From an uncultured Bacteroidales bacterium (GTDB lineage: Bacteria; Bacteroidota; Bacteroidia; Bacteroidales; UBA3824), in the NCBI GenBank assembly GCA_905234655.1, contig CAJOJG010000004.1:4111-68110 (forward strand): a DNA stretch of 64,000 nt, written 5' to 3'. The translations under genes and the position numbers were made by a program. The notes below the pieces were generated by a model, which did not search any database, was not told the DNA's origin, and worked only from the letters and a program-made list of their open reading frames with translations. This document shows, one piece after another, positions 54,656 to 64,000 of the stretch; position 1 is the stretch's first letter; every line of letters starts with the position of its first letter.

Positions 54656-55576
54656 GGTATCGCCATTTTTTTGTTTTTCAGCGTCTTTTTTGCGCTTGTG
54701 GTTCAACTGCCAGCTGTTAAAGAGGTTCTGCCAAAGGATGTAGAAGCTGCAACCGACGGCTGAAAGGGGCGTGAGGTATGTGTGGGCGACCCAGATGGCG
54801 AAGATTGTGTTCTTTTGCCCGATGGCCTGGCCACAACTTACGCGGTCGTCGTAGCGGCTGCCGATTTTCTTGCCGACGATGTAGAGTATGACGCAGATGA
54901 CGAGGCTGGCCAATGCCATCAGGATGTCGATGTGGTAGTTTTGGGGATTGTCAAGTATGGAGTTCATCATGTTAGCCATCAGGATTACTATCGAGCATGC
55001 CCATAGGTAGAACGATGCGGAGTTGTATTTGACGAGGAAGGAGTTGAACTTTGGCAGGGCGTGCTTGACGATTTCGGAGGCTACCATCGGCAGGACGAGC
55101 AGCGCGAACACCTTTTTTAATATAGTCCAAAATCCTTGGATGAATGTCAGCCCTTCTTGTGGGTGTATCAGCGGGAACAGGACTGGGATTATAATGGAGA
55201 CGGCGATGTTGCTGATGATGGTGTATGTTATGAGGTTTGCGCCGTCGCCGCCGAGTTTGTTGACAACGACGATAGCGGATGTGGCTGTCGGCGTCATGGC
55301 GACTACGAGTATGCTCTCGGCGAGTATCGGGTCGAAGTCCCTGACTATCAGGTAGCCCACGAGCGCGAAGACGAGGACGAACCCGAGCAACAGGAAATGC
55401 ACTTTCTTTGGGCGGAGTTCCCTTACCGGCACTTTCGAGAACGATATGAAGAGCATCAGGAAGAGATTGTATGGCAGTATCGCGCTGAACTGTCCGAAGA
55501 AGTCATGGAACAGGCATCCGATTATTATCGCAATCGGAAGTGCTTGGTTTTTAATGAATTGAATTATGTTGCCCAT
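54647..55576 (-). CDS. Bile acid:sodium symporter (BASS) family transporter
   Basis: 309 aa, polytopic. Contains VVAMTPTATSAIVVVNKLGGDGAN and a layout typical of SBF-like transporters. Confidence 0.75.
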   Translation of the reverse strand: MGNIIQFIKNQALPIAIIIGCLFHDFFGQFSAILPYNLFLMLFISFSKVPVRELRPKKVHFLLLGFVLVFALVGYLIVRDFDPILAESILVVAMTPTATSAIVVVNKLGGDGANLITYTIISNIAVSIIIPVLFPLIHPQEGLTFIQGFWTILKKVFALLVLPMVASEIVKHALPKFNSFLVKYNSASFYLWACSIVILMANMMNSILDNPQNYHIDILMALASLVICVILYIVGKKIGSRYDDRVSCGQAIGQKNTIFAIWVAHTYLTPLSAVGCSFYILWQNLFNSWQLNHKRKKDAEKQKNGDTLL

Positions 55577-55684
55577 TTATGTGTCCTTGTTATGATTGAT
55601 GTGCAAAGTTCGCATGATTCTGTTAATTTAAGGCAAAGTAATCATTATTTTTTCAAATAATTGGCATTTGTCAGTAAAAATGAA

Positions 55685-55692
55685 TATTTTTG
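55685..55692 (+). promoter_or_regulatory. Putative -7 promoter box for tilS
   Basis: TATTTTTG lies just upstream of the ATG cluster at 55697-55715. Confidence 0.4.
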
Positions 55693-55696
55693 CCGT

Positions 55697-57070
55697 ATGC
55701 AAATGGGCATGACTATGGACGTTTTGACAACATATAAGCAATTCGTTGAGCATCAGGGATTATGGACATCCGGCGACAAGGTTCTGTTGGCGGTGAGCGG
55801 CGGGCCGGACTCGGTGTGCATGGTCGACTTGACGGCTCAGTCGGGCATCGAGTTCGGAATCTCGCACGTCAATTTTGGACTTCGCGGCGACGAGAGCGAC
55901 GGCGATGAGGCTTTTGTGCGCGAGTTGGCTAAGAAATATGGTGTCGATGTATATGTAACACACGCCGACACAAGGCGTTATGCGGCGATGAGGGGTATTT
56001 CGATAGAGATGGCGGCGCGGGAGATTCGGTATGCGGAGTTCGACAGGATAATGGACAAGCGCGGGTATGACGTGACGGCTGTTGCGCACCACAGGGACGA
56101 CGCCATCGAGACTTTCATGCTCAACCTCATGCGCGGCTCCGGCATACGCGGGCTTACCGGCATGAGGGTCAGGAACGGCCGCATTGTCAGGCCGATGCTG
56201 TGTTTCTCTCGCGCGGAGATTGAAGGTTTCTTGAATGCTAACTATCTGAGTTACAGGACAGATACGACAAACCTTGAGAATGACTTTGCGCGAAACCGTA
56301 TCCGCAACCTTGTCATGCCGGTTATCGACGGCATTTCGCCATCGGCGCGGCAGTCGATAACGGAGAGCATCGGCTATCTTGGAATGGCGAAGCGGATTTA
56401 TGACGACTCCATCGCCAATGCCGTAAAGACGGCTGTCGCGGAGAGTGGCAGTTCGGTCGTCGTCAGCATCGGCGGCGTAAGGCGGTACGTGGAGCCGGAA
56501 TGTCTTTTGTTTGAGATACTTAGCCGCTACGGGTTCAGCAAGGTTCAGATGCGTGAGATTTACCGGCAGTTGGACGCGGAGAGCGGAAAGATTTTCTACA
56601 GCAACACACACCGTTTGGTCAAGGATCGCACAGTGTTGATAATCAGCCGCATAGAGGACGTGCAGTCTTTGAGCGGCCGTCAGCCTGTGGAGATATATCG
56701 GAAGACAGTGGACTTTGGCGAGGTCAGGACAAGGCAGTGGCGTTTGACATTCAGCCGCATGGAGCGTGACGAGTTCACTCCCGAGCGCGACCCCATGACG
56801 GTCTATTATGACATCGACAAGCTCAAGTTCCCGATGACCGTGACGGGATGGGTGTCCGGCGACAGCTTCATGCCTTTCGGCGGGCATAACCGCAAGAAAC
56901 TTTCAGACCTTTTTGTGGACAATAAGTTGAGCATCGCGGACAAGGACCGTGTCGAAATCCTGAGGTGCAACGGCGAAATCCTCTGGGTCATAGGCATAAG
57001 GGCGGGGAATTACTGCCGTGTGGACGCTAATACAAAACAAATTCTAAAAATTAGTGCAAATAAAAGTTGA
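55697..57070 (+). CDS. tilS: tRNA(Ile)-lysidine synthetase
   Basis: Contains the PP-loop VLLAVSGGPDSVCM, then HVNFGLRG.ESD and AHHRDD. The start is uncertain: in-frame ATGs occur at 55697, 55703, 55709 and 55715. The track start at 55661 is TTG and lies upstream of the promoter box. Confidence 0.88.
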   Translation: MQMGMTMDVLTTYKQFVEHQGLWTSGDKVLLAVSGGPDSVCMVDLTAQSGIEFGISHVNFGLRGDESDGDEAFVRELAKKYGVDVYVTHADTRRYAAMRGISIEMAAREIRYAEFDRIMDKRGYDVTAVAHHRDDAIETFMLNLMRGSGIRGLTGMRVRNGRIVRPMLCFSRAEIEGFLNANYLSYRTDTTNLENDFARNRIRNLVMPVIDGISPSARQSITESIGYLGMAKRIYDDSIANAVKTAVAESGSSVVVSIGGVRRYVEPECLLFEILSRYGFSKVQMREIYRQLDAESGKIFYSNTHRLVKDRTVLIISRIEDVQSLSGRQPVEIYRKTVDFGEVRTRQWRLTFSRMERDEFTPERDPMTVYYDIDKLKFPMTVTGWVSGDSFMPFGGHNRKKLSDLFVDNKLSIADKDRVEILRCNGEILWVIGIRAGNYCRVDANTKQILKISANKS

Positions 57071-57134
57071 ATGTACGAAAACTTTTTTTAAATTTGCGTG
57101 GACAAATAATTAACAATTAAACACAATTGTCAGC

Positions 57135-57872
57135 ATGAAAAAGATATTGTATGGCATAGGGGCTGTCGCGGTCATTGGTGGCCTGGTTTCGATGTTCAAC
57201 CATCCCTTCTTGGGGCTTATAGCCGCCGGTGCGGGCTTTGCGTTGGTCGTCGGCACGTTCATCGTCGGCAAACTCATGGACAAGAATATTCAGGACGGCT
57301 TCGACCGTGGTAACTCGTCGGACATGTCGCTTGAGATGAAGGTCAACCACCAGATTTCTAACTCAAGGCAGAACAAGTTCAAGGCGCAGAGCGAGATACG
57401 CAGGTTGACAGCTTGGTGTAACGATGCTATCTTCAGTACGTACCACGACGAGTTCGAGAAGGTCGGCGTGTATTACGATAAGGAGAAACTGCTCGACAAT
57501 TATGGTGAGATTAAGGAAAAATATGGAACGTCGCTGAGCTTCGAGACTACCGACAAGTGCGACCGTATCGTCGGCGACTATAAGTCGAAGATAGACGGCT
57601 ACAAGGAAAGAATCGGCATTTTTGAGAAGCAGCAGGAGGAATATGCCGAGCTCAAGGCCAAGCTCCAGGCTCTCAAGCAGCAGGAAAAGCGCATGAACAA
57701 GCTTGATGCCCATCAAGGCAAACTTGAACAGGCGTCACAGGCAGAAGGATTGTCCATCGTGGAGTCCCAGAGCGACTTCCGGCAGCTTTCAGAAGGCGAC
57801 ATTGCAAGAGAAGTCGCCGAGAAGGAGGCTTATTACAAGCAACTCGAAGAACTTAATTACAAGTATAAGTAA
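57135..57872 (+). CDS. Hypothetical membrane protein with a C-terminal coiled coil
   Basis: 245 aa with two N-terminal TM helices, followed by heptad-rich segments (EKQQEEYAELKAKLQALKQQEKRMNKL). No family was recognised. Confidence 0.55.
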   Translation: MKKILYGIGAVAVIGGLVSMFNHPFLGLIAAGAGFALVVGTFIVGKLMDKNIQDGFDRGNSSDMSLEMKVNHQISNSRQNKFKAQSEIRRLTAWCNDAIFSTYHDEFEKVGVYYDKEKLLDNYGEIKEKYGTSLSFETTDKCDRIVGDYKSKIDGYKERIGIFEKQQEEYAELKAKLQALKQQEKRMNKLDAHQGKLEQASQAEGLSIVESQSDFRQLSEGDIAREVAEKEAYYKQLEELNYKYK

Positions 57873-57879
57873 GAGGAAA

Positions 57880-57903
57880 GATTTATTGATTTATTGATTT
57901 ATT
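57880..57903 (+). repeat. 8-bp tandem repeat (GATTTATT)x3 followed by a 29-nt polypurine tract
   Basis: Read directly from the sequence. The purine-only run 57904-57932 contains gaggaaagag twice. Confidence 0.9.
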
Positions 57904-57939
57904 GAGGAAAGAGGAGAGAGGAAAGAGAAAAATCAGTAA

Positions 57940-58014
57940 ATCATAAATCAACAAATCATAAATCAACAAATCATAAATCAACAAATCGAAAATCAACAAA
58001 TCAATAAATAACAT
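57940..58014 (+). repeat. 15-bp tandem repeat (ATCATAAATCAACAA), 3 perfect plus 2 degenerate units
   Basis: Units start at 57940, 57955, 57970, 57985 and 58000. The array is roughly the inverse complement of the GATTTATT array and ends 11 nt before the tpiA ATG. Confidence 0.9.
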
Positions 58015-58025
58015 AAATAACAGAA

Positions 58026-58793
58026 ATGAGAAAACTTATCGTAGCAGGCAACTGGAAGATGAACACATCGGTTGCCGAAGGTGTTGAACTCGCCAAGAAA
58101 ATCAGCGCATACGCTGAGCAGAAGAACCTTCCCGCAGGCAAGCAGATTGTCATCGCTCCGCCTTTCACACACTTGGCTCCCGTAGCCGGTGCAATCAATG
58201 CAGACAAGGTAATCCTCGCCGCACAGGACTGCGCAGCGACTACTAACGGCGCGTACACTGGCGAAGTTTCGGCATCAATGCTCAAGGGCATCGGCGTAAA
58301 GGCCGTAATCCTCGGCCACTCAGAACGCCGCCAGTACTTCAAGGAGAACAGCGAAATCCTCCTCAAGAAAATCAAACTCGCTCTCGCTGAGGGTCTTGAC
58401 GTGATTTTCTGCATCGGTGAGACTAAGGAGCAGCGCGAGGCTGGCGCCAACCTCTACAACAATGTAATCAAGGCTCAGCTCGTGGACACTGTGTTCACCC
58501 TCACCGCTGACGAGTTCAAGAAGGTCATCATCGCCTACGAACCCGTTTGGGCTATCGGCACTGGCCTTACCGCCACACCCGACCAGGCTCAGGAAATCCA
58601 CGCGATGATCCGCAAGGCCATCGCCGACAACTTCGGTCAGGCTGTTGCCGACGACACCACAATCCTCTACGGCGGCAGCTGCAAGGCTTCTAACGCTGCT
58701 GAAATCTTCGCAAAGAAGGACGTTGACGGCGGTCTTATCGGCGGCGCGTCGCTCAAGGCCGACGATTTCGGCAAGATTATCGACGCAAGATAA
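58026..58793 (+). CDS. tpiA: Triose-phosphate isomerase
   Basis: 255 aa. Contains LIVAGNWKMN, ILGHSERR and IAYEPVWAIGTG. Confidence 0.97.
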   Translation: MRKLIVAGNWKMNTSVAEGVELAKKISAYAEQKNLPAGKQIVIAPPFTHLAPVAGAINADKVILAAQDCAATTNGAYTGEVSASMLKGIGVKAVILGHSERRQYFKENSEILLKKIKLALAEGLDVIFCIGETKEQREAGANLYNNVIKAQLVDTVFTLTADEFKKVIIAYEPVWAIGTGLTATPDQAQEIHAMIRKAIADNFGQAVADDTTILYGGSCKASNAAEIFAKKDVDGGLIGGASLKADDFGKIIDAR

Positions 58794-58828
58794 TTTTTTT
58801 TCCAAATTTCAAATTTTATTTCATGTTG

Positions 58829-58862
58829 GCCATGCGTCGTGGTGACGCATGGCATTTTTTTT
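58829..58862 (+). terminator. Rho-independent terminator of tpiA
   Basis: GCCATGCGTC-GTGGT-GACGCATGGC forms a 10-bp perfect stem followed by A-TTTTTTTT. Confidence 0.8.
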
Positions 58863-58925
58863 AGTTTTCATATCCAAAAAATATTTGTTACCTTTGGGCG
58901 TTGTATCTTATATAATGAACCAAAC

Positions 58926-61900
58926 ATGAAAACAACCATTAGACTTATCCTGACTATAGCGTTGATGATAGGCATGACTGCCATCACGTCGGCGCAGATA
59001 AAGGCTTTGCTGCCGGATTCGCCGGAACTCCCGAAGGAGTTGGAGAACTTCATGGGCGTCAGGTCGTCCAAGAATGACGAGATGAAGGCGGATGTTAAGA
59101 AGTTCGTCGACAAACTCATGACGCGGAAGATAACAGACGACTACCGCTCTGAGATTGTGATACTTATGAACAGTTATATCCAAAAGCGAGCCACACCGAC
59201 CCCCCACATGCACAACCTAATCCGTGCCCTTAACGGATTTTGGGACAAGGGGAACATCAACGAGTTCAACCCCTGGGCGGAGTACATGAAGGAGATGCTT
59301 GACAATGCGCAGGTGTCCATGTCGAGGATTAACGACGTGGCGGACTTCACGGCAAACCTGCTCTCGTCGTACAGCCTCGAGACTACGTCCGCAAAGTCAT
59401 GGTACATGTCCACTGGAAGTTTTACGATGACGATAGTGGACGCCGGTAATGGCGACAAGGACATAAATGTAAAGTGCGACAAGACGGATTTGCGCTGTAA
59501 GATACGCCAGGACAGCACATTGGCGATATACGGCACAAGCGGTGTCTATAGTTATAACGACCATGTTTGGAGAGGCAAAGGCGGAAAGGTCGACTGGCGG
59601 CGCGGCGACATCTCGGCGGACAGCGTGTATGCGACGCTGCCGTCATACGAGATTGACACAAAGCGCGCCGAGTTCGAGGCCGACGACGTCGAGTTCTTTA
59701 ACATCAAGTACTTCCGCAAGCCTATCAAAGGACATTACAGGGACAAGCTTGTGTTGAACGGCGTTGGCGAGAAGGCGAGGTTCCCCCAGTTTTTGAGTTA
59801 CGACACCGACATCAAGATTCCCAACCTTGCCGCCGGAATCGACTACGAAGGCGGTTATGCGCAGAACGGCGTGATATTCCAGGGCGAGGTCAAGGACAGT
59901 GCAAAATACGCAAAACTTGTCTTCAAGAACAACGACAAGCCGTTCATAACCGCCGAGGCGAAAGCGTTCGTGTTCGGTCTTAAGAAACTCGAGGCGCAGT
60001 CCGCAATCGTCTCTATAAAAATCGGCCCCGACAACGACTATATAACGCACAAGGGCGTCAAGCTCAAATATGATTCCGAGACAGAGAAGCTTGTGCTTTT
60101 CAAAGGCTCAACCGGCATGGAGAACGCGCGCTACAAGGACACGTACCACCATTTTGAGATTGATGTCAACCAGGTCGAATGGACGCGCAACGACACTGCC
60201 ATTTACCTCTGCACACGTCCCGCCGCACCTTATAATTATGCCACATTCGAGTCCATCGACCACTTCTCCATGCAGCGTTACAACCAGATGCAGGGCATGG
60301 ACAAAGTTCACCCGCTCGTTGCGTTACGCGACTACATGAGGGCTAATTCCACAGACAAGTTCACCGCGAGGGACATTCAGCGTTACCTCAACAGGGAGGA
60401 AGGCATGTTGTTGACCGAAGTCCAGGCTCACCAGATGCTTATGAAACTGTCGTTCCAGGGTTTCTTGGAGTATGACGTCAACACCCGCGTCGCGAAGGTC
60501 GAGCAGAAGATGAACGACTACATCGGCGCGCATAATGGCAAGAAGGACTACGACGGTATCTCCATTATTTCGCTCATGGAAAATAAAAACGGTGTCAATG
60601 CAGTCATAAACCTGAAGACCGCCGACATGGAAATCTTCAACGCCCAGCCTTTCGACCTCAGCCAGGCGCGCATGGTGAAGGCTTTGCCGGACAGCTCGAT
60701 AACCGTCCACAAGCACCTCGACATGGAACTCCGTGGTAAGATTCAGGCGGGTCTCGCGGACTTCTACGGCGACGACTTCAAGTTTGACTATAAGAAGTTC
60801 TGCATCAACATCCCGAAATGCGACTCGATGGCGATGCTTACCGTCAACTACAACGAGGAGACTAAGAAGAACCAAATCGACTCCGTGCACTCCGTGCTGG
60901 AGCGCGTGAAAGGTGTCCTCTACCTCGACTCAGCATCCAACAAGTCAGGTCGAAAGACCTACGACCAGTACCCGAGGATTATCACGAGCGACACGGCGTA
61001 TGTGTATTATGACAAACTCATTTCCGAAAGCTACGACCGCGACAAGTTCCACATGAAGGTGACACCGTTTAAGCTGGACAGTCTTAACTTCCTTAAACTC
61101 AACGGTGTGCAAGCGAAAGGAGATTTTGTGTCGGGTATTTTTGACGACATGGACGTTACGCTTACGGTGCAGCAGGACATGTCGCTTGGATTTGACCTCC
61201 CGACACCGGAGGAAGGCATGAGGCTGTTCGGCGGCAAAGGGCGGTTCTACCAAGGCGTTGCGTTGAACGGCGGCGGCTTGGGCGGCAATGGCAAAATCGA
61301 GTACCTGACCGCCACCGCCGAAAGTTATAATTTTGTGTTCTACCCGGACTCTGTGATTGGCGGTTGCCATAGGCTCGACGTTGATCCTGTCACGGTGTCC
61401 CAGATAAGCAGCACCAAGGATGTCGAGGCTGAATACCCGAAAGTACATTCCGATACCTGCAACATTTTGTGGTATCCCCATGAGGACAACTTCGCAATCT
61501 ACACTTCCGACACAACACTCACTGTCTTCGACAAAAAGCTGCGTTTCAACGGCAACATCGACTATTCGCCGAAAAGCATGAAGGCTCAGGGCGAGTTGCT
61601 CTATAAAGGCACGGCGTTCTTCTCCGACAAGATGCTGCTCAAGAACTCGTCGTTCGATGCGGGATACGCAATGTTCTGTAATTTTGACGAGCGGACACCG
61701 GGCGACTCGACGGGCTTCTTCTACACAGACAGGTACGATGCAAAATGCGACCTTAATGTCGACCGGGCTCAGTTTGTCGTGTCGGACGACTCGGCGAGGG
61801 TTCATTTCCCTCATCACAAGTACTTGCAGCGGACAGAATTTTTCGAATGGAACGTCGCGGACAACACGTATAGTTTTGGCAATAAGCTTTCTAACTACGA

Positions 61901-63812
61901 CGAGACGCGCATAACTCGTTCTGTGGCGGAGTACCGCAAGATGAAGAAGGTGAAGTCCGAGTACAAGCCTTTGCTCGCCGGCGCGACGATGGTAAGCCAG
62001 AAGGACTCGTTGAGGTTCGATGCTTTGTACACGACATTTAACGAGGCTGAGAACGTCATCAATGTCCACGAGCCTGGCATCATAAAGGTTGTGGATTCTA
62101 AGGTGAAGCCGTCCGGCGTCATTAAGGTCATGCCCGGCGGCGAAATCGACAGGTTTGACGATGCTGTCATAACCGCAAATCTCGACACCTTGATTCATAG
62201 GATTGTGAAGACTTCTGTCAAAATCCGTGACAAACGCTATTTCAAGGCTGTCGGCGGCCAGTACGAGTACCAGAACTACAACAAGGACAGGGCTTATCTC
62301 GACCTCGACTCCATGGAAATCCGCCTTATCAAACTTGACACGGCAGCCAAAGCACCGAGGGTGCGTGTGTCGTTCGGTATCGGCAGCGTGCCGGAGGAGC
62401 AGAACTTCTACATAAGCCCGCAGTTTAAGTTTGAGGGCAAGTATTCGTTCAACGGCGCGACACCGGGTATTAAGTTCAACGGTTTTGCCCATATCCAGCA
62501 GACCTGCGACTCGACAATCATGCCGTTCAAGTTCGAGGGCAACATCAACCCGGACTCGATTATGTTCCCGATTTCGGAGAGGGTTGCCGACCCGAGGAAA
62601 CGCCGTCTGTACACCGGCTTCTTCTATGACGACAATACGCAGGAACTATATTCCCTTTTCATGGGACATAAGCACAACCTCAGCGACCAGGAGGTCATCG
62701 CTGTCAACCGAGGCCTGACATACGACCCGAAGCAGAAGGAGTTCCGTGAGGCTACGCCGCGCCGTCTGCGCGACAGCAGCAACACTGGCAATTATGTCGC
62801 CTTCCAAAACAGCCTATGCAACCTTTATGGTTCGGGTACTATAACGACAAACGTCGACATGAAGCCGGTTCAGGTAGTGTCTTCCGGCGAACTATACCAC
62901 AACAGGGACGCGCAGAGGATTTCGGGCGGAATGATGATGTCAGTCAACTTCCCGATACGTGCCGATGTCATAAAGCAGATGGCCGAGGAGTTGAACGACG
63001 TGTTCAACCTTGCGCCCGTGTTCTTTAACGACCACAAGATACGCCGCCGCATGGAGTATGTGCTCGGTAACGATACCGTCCAGGCGTTGCTCAAGAACTA
63101 CGAACTTTCCGGCGACCTCGGCAAGACGCCTAACGGTCTTAACAAGACCATTGTCCTGAACGACGTGCAGATGTACTACGACACGACGACATTGTCCTAC
63201 AGGTCGTCAGGCGACATCGGCGTTGGCTTTGTAGGCGGTAATGCCATCGGAAAGTACATGAAGGGCTACGTCGAAATCATACGCAACAAGAAGAAGGGCG
63301 ACCAGATAAGCATCTTCCTCCAGCCGACCCCGCAGATTTGGTATTACTTTAACTACAAGGCGGGATTCATGTACTGCCTGGCGTCCAATGACGACTTTAA
63401 CAACAAGATTATCAACACCAAGGAGAAGGATCGCGTCACAAAGGTCGACCGTAACGAGTACCAGTTTGTCGTCGGCGCGGACGAGAATAAGAACAAGTTC
63501 ATCCGCTCGTTCTCGGACGCTGGCGTTATCGACAACGCCGACGACATGAGCAATGTCAACAGCGACATCGAGTCCGATGGCGGCGACGGCGGCGACGGCG
63601 CGTCCACAAAGCCTTCGTCCGACAATCCTTCCGGCAAGTCCAAGCCTGCCGATGACGATGAAAGCGATTTTATCCTCGAGGACGACCCGACGCCGGAGGA
63701 CGACAGCCATGCCCAGCCTAAGCAGACTAAACCGGCTGACCAGCCCAAGAAACAGGACAAGCCTGCCAAGCCTGCCGACGACGGGGAGGAAGTTGACTAT
63801 ATCGACGATTAA
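58926..63812 (+). CDS. Very large secreted protein of unknown function (1628 aa) with an acidic low-complexity C-terminal tail
   Basis: The likely start is MKTTIRLILTIALMIGMTAITSAQ at 58926 (signal peptide, no lipobox Cys). It is one uninterrupted ORF. The last ~110 aa are D/E/P/K-rich (..SDIESDGGDGGDG..DDDESDFILEDDPTPEDD..DDGEEVDYIDD). I recognised no catalytic or repeat motifs. Confidence 0.8.
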   Translation: MKTTIRLILTIALMIGMTAITSAQIKALLPDSPELPKELENFMGVRSSKNDEMKADVKKFVDKLMTRKITDDYRSEIVILMNSYIQKRATPTPHMHNLIRALNGFWDKGNINEFNPWAEYMKEMLDNAQVSMSRINDVADFTANLLSSYSLETTSAKSWYMSTGSFTMTIVDAGNGDKDINVKCDKTDLRCKIRQDSTLAIYGTSGVYSYNDHVWRGKGGKVDWRRGDISADSVYATLPSYEIDTKRAEFEADDVEFFNIKYFRKPIKGHYRDKLVLNGVGEKARFPQFLSYDTDIKIPNLAAGIDYEGGYAQNGVIFQGEVKDSAKYAKLVFKNNDKPFITAEAKAFVFGLKKLEAQSAIVSIKIGPDNDYITHKGVKLKYDSETEKLVLFKGSTGMENARYKDTYHHFEIDVNQVEWTRNDTAIYLCTRPAAPYNYATFESIDHFSMQRYNQMQGMDKVHPLVALRDYMRANSTDKFTARDIQRYLNREEGMLLTEVQAHQMLMKLSFQGFLEYDVNTRVAKVEQKMNDYIGAHNGKKDYDGISIISLMENKNGVNAVINLKTADMEIFNAQPFDLSQARMVKALPDSSITVHKHLDMELRGKIQAGLADFYGDDFKFDYKKFCINIPKCDSMAMLTVNYNEETKKNQIDSVHSVLERVKGVLYLDSASNKSGRKTYDQYPRIITSDTAYVYYDKLISESYDRDKFHMKVTPFKLDSLNFLKLNGVQAKGDFVSGIFDDMDVTLTVQQDMSLGFDLPTPEEGMRLFGGKGRFYQGVALNGGGLGGNGKIEYLTATAESYNFVFYPDSVIGGCHRLDVDPVTVSQISSTKDVEAEYPKVHSDTCNILWYPHEDNFAIYTSDTTLTVFDKKLRFNGNIDYSPKSMKAQGELLYKGTAFFSDKMLLKNSSFDAGYAMFCNFDERTPGDSTGFFYTDRYDAKCDLNVDRAQFVVSDDSARVHFPHHKYLQRTEFFEWNVADNTYSFGNKLSNYDETRITRSVAEYRKMKKVKSEYKPLLAGATMVSQKDSLRFDALYTTFNEAENVINVHEPGIIKVVDSKVKPSGVIKVMPGGEIDRFDDAVITANLDTLIHRIVKTSVKIRDKRYFKAVGGQYEYQNYNKDRAYLDLDSMEIRLIKLDTAAKAPRVRVSFGIGSVPEEQNFYISPQFKFEGKYSFNGATPGIKFNGFAHIQQTCDSTIMPFKFEGNINPDSIMFPISERVADPRKRRLYTGFFYDDNTQELYSLFMGHKHNLSDQEVIAVNRGLTYDPKQKEFREATPRRLRDSSNTGNYVAFQNSLCNLYGSGTITTNVDMKPVQVVSSGELYHNRDAQRISGGMMMSVNFPIRADVIKQMAEELNDVFNLAPVFFNDHKIRRRMEYVLGNDTVQALLKNYELSGDLGKTPNGLNKTIVLNDVQMYYDTTTLSYRSSGDIGVGFVGGNAIGKYMKGYVEIIRNKKKGDQISIFLQPTPQIWYYFNYKAGFMYCLASNDDFNNKIINTKEKDRVTKVDRNEYQFVVGADENKNKFIRSFSDAGVIDNADDMSNVNSDIESDGGDGGDGASTKPSSDNPSGKSKPADDDESDFILEDDPTPEDDSHAQPKQTKPADQPKKQDKPAKPADDGEEVDYIDD

Positions 63813-63818
63813 AGAAAG

Positions 63819-64000
63819 ATGAAAGAGAACTCACACGTTTTTTATGCCCCGGACGCCGTCGGCGCGTCCGTCGGTCAACAGGTATACCTCGACGAGGAGG
63901 AGAGCGCGCACTGTAACAAGGTTTTGCGCCTTCGTCCCGGCGATGGCATAACGATAATAGACGGCGCGGGCGGGATGTACGATGCAGAACTGACATTGTC
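63819..64000 (+). CDS. rsmE: 16S rRNA (uracil1498-N3)-methyltransferase RsmE, N-terminal part (runs off the window)
   Basis: I translated from the ATG at 63819 to give MKENSHVFYAPDAVGASVGQQVYLDEEESAHCNKVLRLRPGDGITIIDGAGGMYDAELTL. This is the typical RsmE N-terminal PUA-like region. Confidence 0.75.
   Translation, partial: MKENSHVFYAPDAVGASVGQQVYLDEEESAHCNKVLRLRPGDGITIIDGAGGMYDAELTL

Noticed and set aside
57880-58014. CRISPR-like appearance of regularly spaced short repeats.
   Set aside because: The units are directly tandem (8 bp and 15 bp) with no unique spacers, are far shorter than CRISPR repeats, and no cas genes are present.
60945-62492. 515-aa antisense ORF inside the 1628-aa gene.
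   Set aside because: Same shadow-ORF signature (R/V/L-rich, no motifs). The plus-strand frame is continuous for 4.9 kb and starts with a signal peptide.

Overview
Chromosomal segment of a Bacteroidales-type bacterium. The call rests on a SusC/SusD pair with an HTCS regulator, many lipoproteins, a UpxY remnant and repeated TAnnTTTG -7 promoter boxes. Coordinates 1-12.1 kb hold a polysaccharide utilisation locus: a divergent HTCS, a glycan-binding-like lipoprotein, SusC, a frameshifted SusD and two tandem GH30 hydrolases. Coordinates 12.3-27.5 kb are mostly housekeeping: lolD-like ABC ATPase, TIGR02757 protein, tRNA m6A methyltransferase, metY, a 5-gene tRNA cluster (Lys, 3x Gly, Leu), S41 peptidase, galM, an atypical sensor kinase, thiL, a nucleoside permease and a TPR-SpoIIE phosphatase. 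Coordinates 27.5-40.3 kb look like a plasticity zone. It contains an AT-rich islet carrying two tandem copies of an unrecognised two-gene module, with the second copy decaying. It also contains gene remnants: epimerase C- and N-terminal fragments about 10 kb apart, a UpxY C-terminal fragment and a start-less ORF. Between the epimerase fragments lie an ABC exporter, an FprA flavoprotein, a ParE-type TA pair, a lipoprotein serpin, a nitroreductase, Lrp, an Rnl2-type RNA ligase, a flavoprotein and a DUF2461 protein. The remainder holds metA, clpB, a YafQ-type TA pair, a MerR regulator, recG, a three-gene surface-lipoprotein operon (fimbrillin-like N-domains, LamG, Listeria-Bacteroides repeats), a BASS transporter, tilS, tpiA, a 1628-aa secreted protein of unknown function and the start of rsmE. 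Several short-repeat families recur in intergenic DNA: heptamer arrays at gene 5' ends, GCGAAGC mini-hairpin repeats flanking metY, and 8- and 15-bp arrays upstream of tpiA. I saw no CRISPR array, rRNA, integrase or transposase. All calls come from reading the sequence and ORF translations only; no database search was run.
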